Shown: positions 1-12,075, counted from the first letter of the stretch. The stretch is DNA of 39,309 nucleotides from Octopus bimaculoides (GCF_001194135.2 NC_068981.1:6490631-6529939); one strand, 5' to 3'. Translations and numbers: made by a program. Notes: generated from the letters alone by a model not told the origin.

Positions 1-36
<36 letters not shown>

Positions 37-1654
37 GTATGTATAAGATCCAGTTATCGAGGTGTAGGAAGAAAGTTAGCTTCAAGCAATCCGTAGTAAA
101 TATAAAAAAACAACTTTCAGGGACAAAAGTGGTTTATTGAGACGGGAGGTTGTGGATTTTTTCGTATCGAAGTACGTATGTGTGTGTGTGTGTGCGTGTG
201 TTTAAAACTTTATATTTTAAAACTTTTTGCGTACCGGTATGTGTACGAGTGTGTGTTCATACACACAAGCATGTGCGCATACAAAAAAGTATACCAACAT
301 TCAGGATCAGTTCAGAGCCTAAAACATTTTACTGTAAATCTTAGATGTAAAATTCTACACTATTTTTACTGCCCCCACAGCCTCCCATAAATTGACCTCC
401 ATTGAAGCTTCTTGGAAAACAAAGAATTACCATGAGTATTCCTCGTACATCAGCCGGAATATTAAAAAAAAAACACTTTCCTCACATCACATCTTAGTAT
501 TAGCGACGGCACTAGAAAGCGCAAAATACATTTTTTTTCCTTTGGAAAATACATTTCATCCATTGTTGTAGCCAACCTTTGATGCGAAAACTGATTCCAG
601 TCCTCTTAATGGCATTATTTGGTTACTTTGATTGCGATGTTTAAGTTTTTGTTGTTTCATAAATATTTCCTAGTTGAGACAAATAAACTTTCCATTCGAG
701 CAGGAGATTAAGGTTAATCTTTAGCTGAGTGTCACGGAAGTATATTTCTATGATTTTTCCTGAATATCCCGATGGTAATTTCAAAATGAGAGGTTTTCGT
801 GAGCTTCCAACTTTTCTGTTTCTTCTCATAGCTTCCGGTGGGATTTTTCAACTGAACCTCTGACAACTGAATCTATTATGGTACATCCGGGTTTATGTCA
901 AATGAAGATAGTTATAAGTCTGTTTAGAATGACAAGCAAAAATATTTCGTGTAGCAGAGCGTGTTTGTGGCGGAGGAGGTCGGGCGTGAGGAAATGGATG
1001 TGTGTCACACTGATTCGTGTCGCTCTCTAATGTCTAAGTCATTAATGTCATATACAGTTTATTAACAATTACTGAGATAACGAACGAGGCATTTTTTCCG
1101 CTTATGATCTGATTGTTTTCCCTTCGCGAATTCAATGGAAAATTAGATTTTCGTATTGTAGCTAGACGAGACTTATCAAACCTTTTTTAAATTCAAGGTA
1201 AATGCTGGTGCAAATCTATTCTAGTGTGTGTGTGTGTGTGTGTGTGCGAGAGAGGGGGAGGGAATGCGTATGCGTGTGCGCTTGAAAGAAGGAAGAGAAT
1301 GTAAGCAAGAGATAATGTGTGTGAAGAAGAGGGAGAATGAGTAAGTATTTGCGAATGGAAGACAGGAAGAGAGAAGTGAGGAAGAGTAAGAGAGTGAAAA
1401 AGAATACGGATTCGTGTGTGTGGATGTGTGTGTGAGTGTGGGTTTGTGTATGTGTATGAGTGTGTATGTGCGTGCGTGTGCTTAATTTTTAAATTATAAT
1501 TTTTTTCTTTATATTGTGTTAATGGCAATTAAAACCGTAGAGAAAGAAGTGAGCAGTGATACAGTTTCAATTCCTGGTCGGAAAAAGTAAATGGGTCACT
1601 GTCTGTTTCATCAATAAATACGTAGTTCTTTATTCAGCAGAATTGTCTTCTCTT

Positions 1655-1770
1655 GATTTAGCGAGAAAGTGGCTGAATATTCCACAGACACGGGTAAAAT
1701 TCGTATAATTCCGAAGTGGAACCAGCGTGACATAATGTGACACAGCTGAATCTTCGAACTCCTGCTACAA
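1655..1770 (-). mobile_element. Decayed 3' half of family B SINE
   Basis: AAGTGGCTGAATATTCCACAGACACG...CAGCGTGACATAATGTGACA aligns to 3038-3115 of the intact copy. Confidence 0.55.
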
Positions 1771-2012
1771 GTTAATATGATCAGCCTTTCTTATAATCTC
1801 TGCTCAAAGAATTTCACTGACAAGATTTGAGTCGACTCGAATCTTTGGTTAAAAAATAAAAAAAAACCTTTGCCGCAAGATGCCATGCAGTGGTACCGAA
1901 CTCGTGGTATCCATAAATACAAAGTCAATATCTTAACCATATAACTAAGCAATTGGAGAAGGTTTACAACCCAATACATTCCAATTTAATCTCCTAATAT
2001 GCAGAATGTTTG

Positions 2013-2243
2013 GGCGGCGAGCTGGCAAAATCGTTAGCACACCGGGCGAAATGCTTGGTGGTATTTCGTCTGCTGTTACGTTCTGAGTTCAAATTCCGCC
2101 GAGGTCGACTTTGCCTTTCATCCTTTCGGGGTCTATAAATCAAGTACCAGTTATGCACTGGGGCCGATGTAATCGACGTAATGTCTTCGTCTGTCCTTGT
2201 TTGTTCCCTCTATGTTTAGCCCCCTGTGGGCAATAAAGGAATA
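2013..2243 (+). mobile_element. tRNA-derived SINE, family A (central GCCTTTCATCCTTTCGGGGTC domain), full length with 17-bp TSD
   Basis: tRNA-like head (GGCGGCGAGCTGGC...GAGTTCAAATTCC) and AATAAA tail. Exact direct repeat AATATGCAGAATGTTTG at 1996-2012 and 2244-2260. Homologous copies at 12.1, 24.5, 31.4 and 36.6 kb. Confidence 0.9.
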
Positions 2244-2685
2244 AATATGCAGAATGTTTGCACCACGGCACAACTAAACGAATGTTTTCCCCTGAGGTGT
2301 GGATAAAACTATACCACGACTAGCAGCTTCACGGTTTCAATTCCTGACTGAAGCAAGTTTATTAAATTTACGCCTCTGATGCACTTACCAAAAGCACAAA
2401 CATCGCATGTTCCAAGCCGCTCCTAGTTCATTATATGATACACATATATATATCCGGGTTATAAATTCAAACTTCTACCGTTATAGGAATACTTGGTTAC
2501 CACCCTAAAAGGGTTAGAAGCCGACATGTGAGGCTTGGGATTCCCCCCAAAATGGGATGAAAACACCTAATCTGTAGATTCCATTGAAAATATGAAAAAC
2601 ATTCAGAAAACTTAACTTGTAATAAGATTCACATATGCAATGCGCGCGCGCGCGCACACACACACATATGTACATACGTATGTGC

Positions 2686-2729
<44 letters not shown>

Positions 2730-2960
2730 GACTACGTCGCTTTGTGTAGCTTGAATTGCAATGATAGAGTCTTGTTTTTATGTTAAAGACCTGTTCTTTC
2801 TCCATTTGTAGGAAATAAAACAAATAAAATCAAAGAGAACACAATCATGTACATACATGTATACATTCGTACACGAATATATGCACACAGACACACACAC
2901 ATATGTAAAAGAAATTACAATAAAAACACGTTTATATTATTTGTTTTATATAAATGTCGC

Positions 2961-3333
2961 GGCCCTCCGTCGGTTACGACGGCGAGGGTTCCAGTTGATC
3001 CGATCAACGGAACAGCTAACTCGTGAAATTAATGTGCAAGTGGCTGAGCACTCCACAGACACGTGTACCTTTCACGTAGTTCTCGGGGATATTCAGCGTG
3101 ACACAGTGTGACAAGGCTGACCCTTTGAATTACAGGCACAACAGAAACAGGAAGAAAGAGTGAGAGAAAGTTGTGATGAAAAAGTACAGCCAGGATTCGC
3201 CATCACCGCCTGCTGGAGCCTCGTGGAGCTTTAGGTATTTTCGCTCAATAAACACTCACAATGCCTGGTCTGGGAATCGAAACCGCGATCCTACGACCGC
3301 GAGTCCGCTGCCCTAACCACTGACCATTGTGTC
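2961..3333 (-). mobile_element. tRNA(Arg)-like SINE, family B, full length
   Basis: Minus-strand head (CAATGGTCAGTGGTTAGGGCAGCGGACTCGCGGTCGTAGGATCGCGGTTTCGATTCCC) has A/B boxes. The 5' ~190 bp are shared with the copy at 23564. Confidence 0.88.
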
Positions 3334-3380
3334 AAGACACACACAGACACACACATATGTGTGTGTGGGTATTTATGTAT

Positions 3381-3825
3381 GTATAAAGTGTGTTAAGAGC
3401 ATTTATAGAACACGTATTCTATAGAAACTCAACAAAGGGAGAAGGTGTTATAAGTTAAAAAAAATTAAATCCATGCATATGATCGTTTTGAACGGTAATA
3501 TTAACATGTAAATAACATGATAAAAAATTAGTTTAATTATAATTATAATTAAATTAATTACATATTACTGTTCTCGTCTGTAACAGTATAACATTCTTCT
3601 GATGCGTTCTTTTTTTTGCACTGACGAGAATAGTAATATGTAATTAATTTAATTATAATTAAATTAATTTTTTACTATGTGATTTACATCTTAATAATAC
3701 CGTTCGAAACGATCGTATGGATGGATTAAATTTTTTAAAACTTATAACACCTTCTCTTCTCCATCTTTGTTTGTTGGGTTTCTCTAGGATAGGTGTTCTA
3801 TAAATGCTCGTAACACACCTTATAC
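3381..3825. repeat. Long inverted repeat (foldback): ~200-bp arms, 44-nt spacer, HHR-like core; probable Penelope-like remnant
   Basis: 3381-3578 is the reverse complement of 3623-3825 (about 90% by eye, two small indels). Confidence 0.92.
3617..3721 (+). ncRNA. Putative minimal type I hammerhead ribozyme
   Basis: TGCA-CTGACGA-GAAT...(70 nt AT-rich)...GTTC-GAAA-CGATCG-TA-TGGA. The core is intact, stem III ACGATCGT is palindromic, and stem I has one mismatch that the opposite arm corrects. Confidence 0.55.
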
Positions 3826-4142
3826 TTGTAACATTTTCATATTCAAAAAAATACTTACAACAGTAAGCTACCAAAGAAATCTGAAGAATCTTTATTAGAA
3901 ATCGACCTTTGGAACTCCACCAAAGTAAAGGATGATATGGAACTCAAACTTTTCTCACATATATGTATGCATGTATAAGGTGAGGGTGATCACGTGCGTA
4001 TGACATCATGATCCTGTTTGAGGCCACGTTTGTGGTCGTGCTCACGTGCATGTTCGTGCCACGGAAACCAGGAAACCGGCCAACGATTTCATGTCTCAAG
4101 AAGGACCTTCATCCTTTTTTTTTGCTATATATCTATCTGCAT

Positions 4143-4532
4143 TCTTTTATCCTTTTATTCTTTTATTTGTTTCAGTCAATTGACTGCGGCCATGCTGGAA
4201 CACCGCCTTTAGTCGAGCAAATCGACCCCAGGACTTATTCTTTTTAAGCCTAGTACTTATTCTATCGGTCTGCTTTGCCGAACCGATTAGTTATGGGGGC
4301 GTAAACACACCAGCATCAGTTGTCAAGCGATGTTGGGGGGGGGTCAAACACAGTCACGCAAATATATACATATATACTACAAGCTTCTTTCAGTTTCCGT
4401 CTACCAAATCCACTCACAAGGCTTTGGTCGGCCCGAGGCTATAGTAGAAGACACTTGCCCAAGGTGCCACGCCGTGGGACTGAACCCGGAACCATGTGGT
4501 TGGTAAGCAAGCTTCTTACCACTCCTGCACCT
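4143..4532 (-). mobile_element. tRNA-derived SINE, family C (CCTTGGGCAAGTGTC CORE-like segment, internal microsatellite)
   Basis: Aligns end to end with six other copies in the window; (TTCTTTTA)-type tail. Confidence 0.9.
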
Positions 4533-5041
4533 ATTTCCTGCACATATGAAATTCGTAATGTGGTGAGACCTCGCTGAATGAACGCCGGAGCTGGAATTAG
4601 TTTTCTCACGGTTTTAATGATTTTGAGAATGAAATAAATATCGTAAATGCCATTGCAATTTCTCGTAACTTCAAGAGTTTTTGCCTAATTAGAAAAGCAG
4701 TTAACATGTGATAATGAATGAAGTACTTTTTATGCGAAATTGAAAAGTGAAATATTTGTCGATTGTTTTAATAAAGTTTCGCTTACAATACTTAAAATTC
4801 TTGTATTTTATCAATCTAACGAAATACTTATGAAAGGAGAAAATTTGACAGCCAAGGGGCCTGTGGCTGGACTATCCCTGGCTTAGGCGACAGATATGCA
4901 TTTGTTTATTGTTCACATACTTAGCACTTTGCTCCAGGGAAATATCTTGTAAAGGACAATAACATGTTTAACGCATTTAAATGTCGGAATATATTACAAA
5001 GCATAAGATAGAGACATCTTTTATTGAGATTCAGTCACTGG

Positions 5042-5175
5042 ATGAGAGAGAGAGAGAGAGAGAGAGAGAGGGGAGAGAGAGAGAGAGAGAGGGGGAGAGA
5101 GAGAGAGAGAAAGAGAGAAAGAGAGAAAGAGAGAGAGAAAGATAGAAGAAAGGAAAAAAGAAAGACAGAAAGAAA
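5042..5175. repeat. (AG)n/(AGAA)n microsatellite
   Basis: Direct inspection. Confidence 0.95.
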
Positions 5176-5280
5176 TGAAAAGCTTAAAGCTGTGATAAAC
5201 TTTTCTAGTTGTTGGGATCACTGGGGATTTCCAGTATAAAATTGTGTGACTTGGTGTTTATAGGAAATAAACGTAGATTC

Positions 5281-5658
5281 AGCGTGGTTGTGTGGTAAGA
5301 CGTTTACTTGCAGCTACCTGGTTCCGGGTTCAGTCCCACTGCGTGGGGTCTTGAGTAAACGTCTTCTACTATAGCATCGAGGCGACCAAATTCTTCTGGG
5401 TGGATTTGGTAAACAGAAACTGAAAGAAGTCCGTCTTACATATAGGTACATGTACATCAGTGTGTGTGTGTCTTTGTGTATATGATTGCCCCTGCCAGCG
5501 CTTGATAACTGGTATTGGTATGTTTACGTCCCCGTAACTTAGCGGTTCAACAAAAGAGACCAATCAAGTAAAGTACTGGGTTCGATTCGTACGAGTAAAA
5601 TTCTTCAAAGCGGTGTCTCAGTATGGATGCAGTCTGATAACCTAATCAACTAAAAGAC
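5281..5658 (+). mobile_element. SINE family C, diverged copy
   Basis: GCGTGGTTGTGTGGTAAGA...GGTAAACAGAAACTGAAAGAAG...TTTACGTCCCCGTAACTTAGCGGTTC. Confidence 0.85.
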
Positions 5659-5664
5659 GAAGAT

Positions 5665-5995
5665 ATAGGGAGTGATTCAGGGTCTCTTAGTTCTGAAGCA
5701 AAAGATTGTGACGAGGTTTTGTAGGGACAGATAAAAGGTATTGAGGCAGGTATCGTTGAAAGGGAGACCGTAATATGTTTTTAGCGAGTGGGTTATTGGC
5801 TGTTTGTCGTAATTATTAAATGTTTGTTAATAATAAACTGGGTAGTCTTTATTTGGATGTAACTTGTTCTGCAATGTTTTATGTATTGTAAAATCAAAAA
5901 ACCAAATATGTAAGTAAATACTTTGATGTGATAACATGTGTGGTTTGTAGGAGTTTGTAACTCTTCAAAGATGGAGCTTGTTTGGTTTCCGGCTG
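5665..5995 (-). mobile_element. Possible decayed Penelope-like element ORF fragment (region C-terminal to RT)
   Basis: Minus-strand translation ...HCRTSYIQIKDYPVYY*QTFN...YYGLPFN loosely resembles the PLE 'xRGYPxxII' segment. Contains stops; similarity judged from memory only. Confidence 0.3.
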
Positions 5996-6139
5996 TCTTA
6001 GCGGAAGTGGAGTGCTTTGGATTTCCTTTTCCCCAAAGTTATTAGTGCAGGGTTGGTTCTTAAATGGTTCTTATTTATGATATTAGAAATAAATCGAAAC
6101 TTCGATCAGGAGGAGTATCAAAAGAAATTGTAGTAATTG

Positions 6140-6635
6140 TTGTTGTACAAGGAGCTCTATATACTCTTCAAAGTTACCCGTCTGATTAAGGGCACACCAG
6201 GCACACGCATCACAACCATATGTGCGAGACATGGTGACCTCATATCAAAATAAACAGCGCATGAGCTTGTAGGTGGGGGTCCAGTTAGAATCTTTGTTTT
6301 CAGGTTAAGTAGCTCACCCCACTCAAAAGGTCCTTGAATATGGGCTGTTTAAGGATGATACACGACACACCCATGTTTCCAGGAATGAATCGTTGAAACC
6401 CCAAAAATTACCTATAAATTACCTCTCAACACATGGCTCTGATACTCCCCCACTACGTCAGCTCGTCATCAGAGATACACATATCAACTGGTTAAGGTCA
6501 AACAACTGACAGGCAAATCTGTGGTATTGAGCAGAATATTTGCTGTAGCCCATCTTTTATACCAAGACAAAACAATGTACATGTTAACACTTTTAATCAA
6601 TTAAGATCAAAAGCTGTGGGATCCACTGCCTGGTG
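6140..6635. mobile_element. Unclassified interspersed repeat
   Basis: GC-richer block that I recognise as a common octopus repeat (AGCAGAATATTTGCTGTAGCCCATCTTTTATACCAAGACAAAACAATGTACATG). No second copy in the window to confirm. Confidence 0.35.
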
Positions 6636-7156
6636 TTGCAGCAGCAGCAGCAGCAGTGGTAGCTATAATAATAGCAGAGTTGGTAGCGACTATGTTACTT
6701 TTTTTTCCATAGCTACAATATTAAAACAAACATTTCACGCAGTAAAACGAAGTTTATTGCCAGAAGAATAGAGTATGTCTAACATTTCAGACAAGACTCT
6801 TCATCACTAACTTTCTGTTCCAAACCCTTTAACAGTACCCATTTCTGTATCTCCCTTCGCTGAGGAGTTTTTGCTCAAAATGTTAAGCTTGTTTCCTTTC
6901 TAACGCCATAACATTTTCAATTTCTTAAGATTACTTTTTCCCAAATTCAATCCATTACTAGTTCCCTCGTTTTCTACTCTTTTAGTGCAGGTGAGTTCTA
7001 ACCGAAATGGTTGTGGTAAGAGATCCGTTGTAGGTTGGTTATATTATTATAATAAAATAATTAATTAAACCACTTCATTTATTTAGTTTTTAATTGGTCT
7101 CAATGGTACGGTCGTTTCTACTCCAAACCGGAGATCTTTTATTTTTTCTTCAATTC

Positions 7157-7187
<31 letters not shown>

Positions 7188-7188
7188 A

Positions 7189-7221
<33 letters not shown>

Positions 7222-7257
7222 TTCCTTTTTACTTTCTTTCTTTCTTTCTTTCTTTTT

Positions 7258-7297
<40 letters not shown>

Positions 7298-7330
7298 TCC
7301 TTCTTTCTGTCTTTCTGTCTTTCTGTATTT
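7157..7330. repeat. (CTTT)n tetranucleotide tract abutting a gap
   Basis: Direct inspection. Confidence 0.95.
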
Positions 7331-7594
7331 CTTTCGTTTTTTTCTTTATTTCTTCCTTCCCCTCTCTCTCTCCTTNNNNNNNNNNNNNNNNNNNNNNNNN
7401 NNNNNNNNNNNNNNNNNNNNNNNNNNNNNNNNNNNNNNNNNNNNNNNNNNNNNNNNNNNNNNNNNNNNNNNNNTAGAAATAAAATAAAATGAAATACGAG
7501 GAAATACAAATGAAAATAAGCATTTCATAATAATTGTTATAACTGGCTAAAGTATTTACCAAAGAGCACCAGGACGCAAATTCATTCTGTCTTA

Positions 7595-7595
<1 letters not shown>

Positions 7596-7646
<51 letters not shown>
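7596..7646. repeat. (AC)n microsatellite
   Basis: Direct inspection. Confidence 0.95.
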
Positions 7647-7648
<2 letters not shown>

Positions 7649-7942
7649 GCACACACGCAATGTCTATTCGAATATATATATATATTTGTATGTATATATG
7701 TATGTATATATACTAGTTGTTTCTTTTACTACACAAAATTATCATTTAATTACTGTGATTAATTAATTAATTCTGCTACCCCCATATATTCCATTCAGTA
7801 AAACAAGTAACACTGTATAATGCATAAAAGAAATAAATCTATACAACATAATACAAAATGCAATATGGCGGCTATTAAAGCTTATTTCTGTTTTCTCACT
7901 CCTCATCTGCCTCTCTTTCACGTTTCCCTCTCATCTTATTTA

Positions 7943-7944
<2 letters not shown>

Positions 7945-8012
<68 letters not shown>
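7945..8012. repeat. (ATT)n microsatellite
   Basis: Direct inspection. Confidence 0.95.
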
Positions 8013-8013
<1 letters not shown>

Positions 8014-8990
8014 AAGAAAGAATTATTAGCATTATTGTTATTGTTGTTTTAATATTTTACAAGAAGCTATTATTATGTTTTAAATATAATAAAGTATAGC
8101 AATTATATTTTATTTATTTAATTATATTTCTTTTAAATTTTCTAATTTACTTTCATTTTTTTGTCTTCTCCATTCAGTTTTTCATTTCTTTTTTCTTTGT
8201 ATACCAATTCTGCCTAACCCACACTCTTTTGTCCTTATTCCACCCCTATCTTCCATTTTTTCTTTCGTTCTTACCATTCTGTTTCTATCATTTTTTTTAC
8301 CATGTTTTTTTTTTCCTGTTTACTTTTTCAGTTGACATTTTCATAAAAGGCAAAGCGTAGAACAACTAAACCTATTCTTCTCAAGTATGCTGACTGGTTT
8401 GTTTAGAATGCTGTGATCCAATATTCAGCCTATCACATCCACGATGCATAGAAATTATACAACCCATGACACTGCAGTTCAAATATGTCCTTCCGTTAAT
8501 TTATTCGCCATTCCGTTCCACAATTCACCTGTCAACCCTACCCCTACCTAATCACATGCCCATCCGACCATTCTTTAATCATCCACACATGAAAACAATC
8601 AAATAGATCTGTCTATCAGCCTGTCTGTCAACGCATGACTAATCTCCCATCATATTTACATCGCTTTTTTCTTCTGCCTCATTCTCTCTTCTCATTCATA
8701 CGGTCTTTCGCTTATCCATCTGTCTCGTCAATCGATCTGTTAATCTACCCAAATAACAGTCGATCTGTCCATCTTTTCGCTGCTTCTCCGATTGTTTATT
8801 CCAACTGCCATAAAAACCAGTCTTACATATTTTTTCCCCATTATTGCTTAAAAAAATTATACAAATACAGCCTAAGGGTTTACTCTTCCTTTACAAGAAC
8901 TACACTTTATCCATTTAAATACTCGTCTATATTTCTGAATACCCTTTAGTTTTAATATTATCATAATCCCGCTGGTCAGTCATCTGTGTC

Positions 8991-8992
8991 TG

Positions 8993-9038
<46 letters not shown>
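8991..9038. repeat. (TCTA)n microsatellite
   Basis: Direct inspection. Confidence 0.95.
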
Positions 9039-9039
<1 letters not shown>

Positions 9040-9228
9040 GCATGTCTGTCTGTCTGTCTCTCTGTCTGCCTATCTATCTATCTTCCCTTGTTTGTTTGTT
9101 TCTTTCGCTCTCGTCTGTATCTACCTGTCTGAACATGCACACACAGACGCACACATNNNNNNNNNNNNNNNNNNNNNNNNNNNNNNNNNNNNNNNNNNNN
9201 NNNNNNNNNNNNNNNNNNNNNNNNNNNN

Positions 9229-9291
<63 letters not shown>

Positions 9292-9447
9292 AACTAGCGA
9301 GAAATATGCGAACACAGAAGTAAAAACCTAAATTAAACCAGAAAAAGTGAAAATTTAGAGATATCGCAGTTGGGATTGAAATAGAAAACACTGGCTTACA
9401 TTAAAATGTAAATGCTTTCCTCGGTTTTCAGAGCCTAACTTTTTCTA

Positions 9448-9840
9448 TTCTTTTATTATTTTATTTGTTTCAGTCTTTTGACTGCGGCTATACTGGAGCA
9501 TCGCCTTTAGTCGAGCAAATCGACCCTAGGACTTATTCTTTGGATGCCTAGTACTTATTCTATCGTTCTCTTTTTGCCGAACCGCTAGATTACGGGGACG
9601 TAAACACACCAGCATCGGTTGTCAAGCGATGTTGGGGGGGGGGCGACAAACACAAACACACACACACACACACATATATATACATATATACGACGGGCTT
9701 CTTTCAGTTTCCGTCTATCAAATCCACTCACAAGGCTTTGGTCGGTCCGAGGCTATAGTAGAAAACACTTACCCAAGGTACCATGCAGTGGGACTGAATT
9801 TGGAACCATGTGGTTGGTAAGCAAGCTCCTTGCCACACAG
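9448..9840 (-). mobile_element. SINE family C
   Basis: Aligns with 4143-4532 and 16645-17049; head truncated by ~10 nt. Confidence 0.9.
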
Positions 9841-10334
9841 TAAGTTTTATATAAAACATGAAATAAAATATTTTAGTCGGTGGAAAAAGGTTGAAAAATC
9901 TCGTTAGATGGAAATGGCTTTCAAAATTTTATAATGTTTTGTTACTTTCCTCTCCTGCATTGCTCAACCACAGAAATATGATCTGATTTGCAGGGAGGGT
10001 GTAGAAATAGTATAAAAGATAAATGGTGTTTTGCTTCTAGTGCCGGGGTCAACTTGCCTAAAACAGGAAAATTCATCCCCACTAGAAACAAAGGGTTCAC
10101 AATCTGAAGCCATGAAGGGCTGGAAATCACAAACTGTTGGGATCTTGATACCCCAAATCTCCGCTGTATTTCATATTTTCTCATATCACAAAACTATACT
10201 TCCAAAGTTAACCACCATACGATGGATAATTCATCAGTCGAATAGCAATGGTCCCTTCTGCTTTATGCCTACTATATCATACCATTGCATTTATTTATGT
10301 GTATACTGGTCTGTTCGTACTAGCACAATTGGAT

Positions 10335-10495
10335 AGTTATATACGCCGGAAGTTTAATTCAAATATGCATACACATATATATGTGAATAATTTTGACCGA
10401 CTTTGGGCCACCAGTTATATACGCCGGAATTTTCATTCAAATTTGCATACACACATATATACATGTGAATAATTTTGAAGGACTTCAGGCAACCT
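10335..10495. repeat. Two-copy 78-bp tandem duplication
   Basis: AGTTATATACGCCGGAA...GTGAATAATTTTGA starts at 10335 and again at 10413. Confidence 0.85.
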
Positions 10496-11253
10496 ATTAC
10501 ATTCATATTTTATCTTTTTCTCGCACCACTCATCTTTATAACATTGTAATTACATTAGACTGCCATATGTGATATAATTATTATTTGATATATAACAATA
10601 TATAATACATTAGATAATTTAACATATTACATTATACTATATTAGTCTATAATATATTGTATTATACACATATTATTACAATTGATTACATTTGTATAAT
10701 TTCCATTGAAATCGTTTATTTAATTCTTAGACAAAAGCAGGCTTCACACTTAATATTTACATGCAACAATAAATTACCAGCCTCGAACTAAATTTTATGT
10801 ATTTAATTTTAGAAAACCACCTTTAAATCCTGAATTTGTAAACCCACGCATCTACTTAGGCAAACCTATGTAACCGTTAAGAACTTCTCGCATTAACATT
10901 AATATGGAAGTTAATTACAATTATTAATTCATCCAAAATCCACCAATTCAGAACTAGCATAAACTAGATGATTAGGTACCAACACATGAATAACTTTCAC
11001 TTAAATTTAGATTACAAGAAAATTTATTATAATATGAATTGTTAAAGGAGGCTCAACCAGCACAAATAAATTTAATAGGATTTCCTATAAAACTTAACAA
11101 TTACCATATTATGTCACTGGCTGCTTTTCTGTTCAGCCACCTGCTACAAACCATTTCAAACGCAATCATTATTAGAGATTGGGATAATTCCACTTAAAAA
11201 TCATATAAAAAAATTAACTTAACGGCCTTGATCTTAACATTTTCATCGATATA

Positions 11254-11913
11254 ACGCAAACGTGGATGTGTGGTAAGATGCTTGTTTTCCAATCACTTGG
11301 CTTCTGTTTCAGTTCCAGTGTGGCACTTTGGACTAATGTCTTCCATTATAGCTTCGGGTCGATCAAAGCCTTGAAAGTGGATTTGGTAGACAGAAACTGA
11401 AACAAGCCCGTCGTATGTATGTATGTATGTATGTATGTATCAGTACATCTCTTGTACTGATAAAGATTTGCTAAAAAATAATGGTTTATCCTTTATGTTG
11501 GAAATCTATATGGTCGTATGCTTTCAAAGAGAGCGGTTTATTTGAAATTAATGTAATGTTATCATTGATCGAAACGGCAGTAATGCACTAATATCTGGAC
11601 ATCCTTGTTACTTATTTGTCTTTTATTAACCCTCGAGCTGTGCGAACTATACTGAACTGGCTTGGAACCTCAACTTAAGTACCTAATTCAACCGAATCTT
11701 AATTATTGTGTGTATGTGTTTGTGTGTGTTTGTGTCTGTGTTTCTCTCTCACCACTGCCTGATAACTGGTGTTGGTGTATTTACGTTCCCGTAATTTAGC
11801 AGTTTGGCAAATAAGCCCAATAGAATAAGTACCAGGCTTACAATAAAGATAAGTAAGCAAAAATTCTCCAAGGCGGTGCCCAAGCATGACCGCAGTCTAA
11901 TGACTGAAATAAA
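11254..11913 (+). mobile_element. SINE family C split by a ~265-bp insertion in its internal microsatellite
   Basis: 5' half 11254-11412, (GTAT)n, unrelated sequence 11441-11705, then 3' half 11706-11913. Confidence 0.8.
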
Positions 11914-12000
11914 ACATAACTATTTGAATGCATCCATTCTATACTAAATACACCATCGCCAATTGCTGGTGCTGTTATTTCCCGCCGTTTTTATTCTTAC

Positions 12001-12075
12001 AACTTCTTTCTCTTTTTCTCACTTGTATATTTTACTTCCTCTTGTCTCTTATTTTCATCAATCCTCATTTTCGAC
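12001..12075 (-). CDS. Candidate internal exon (75 nt, phase 2-2), SKMRIDENKRQEEVKYTSEKKRKK
   Basis: Minus-strand TCTTAATGTAG| acceptor and |GTAAGA donor; only one frame is open. No homology recognised. Confidence 0.3.

Noticed and set aside
3870-3920. CTGAAGA...GAAA-TCGA HHR-like string
   Set aside because: Stem II cannot form and U16.1 is absent.
8331-8383. Strong plus-strand acceptor/donor pair
   Set aside because: All three frames contain stops; likely a pseudo-exon.
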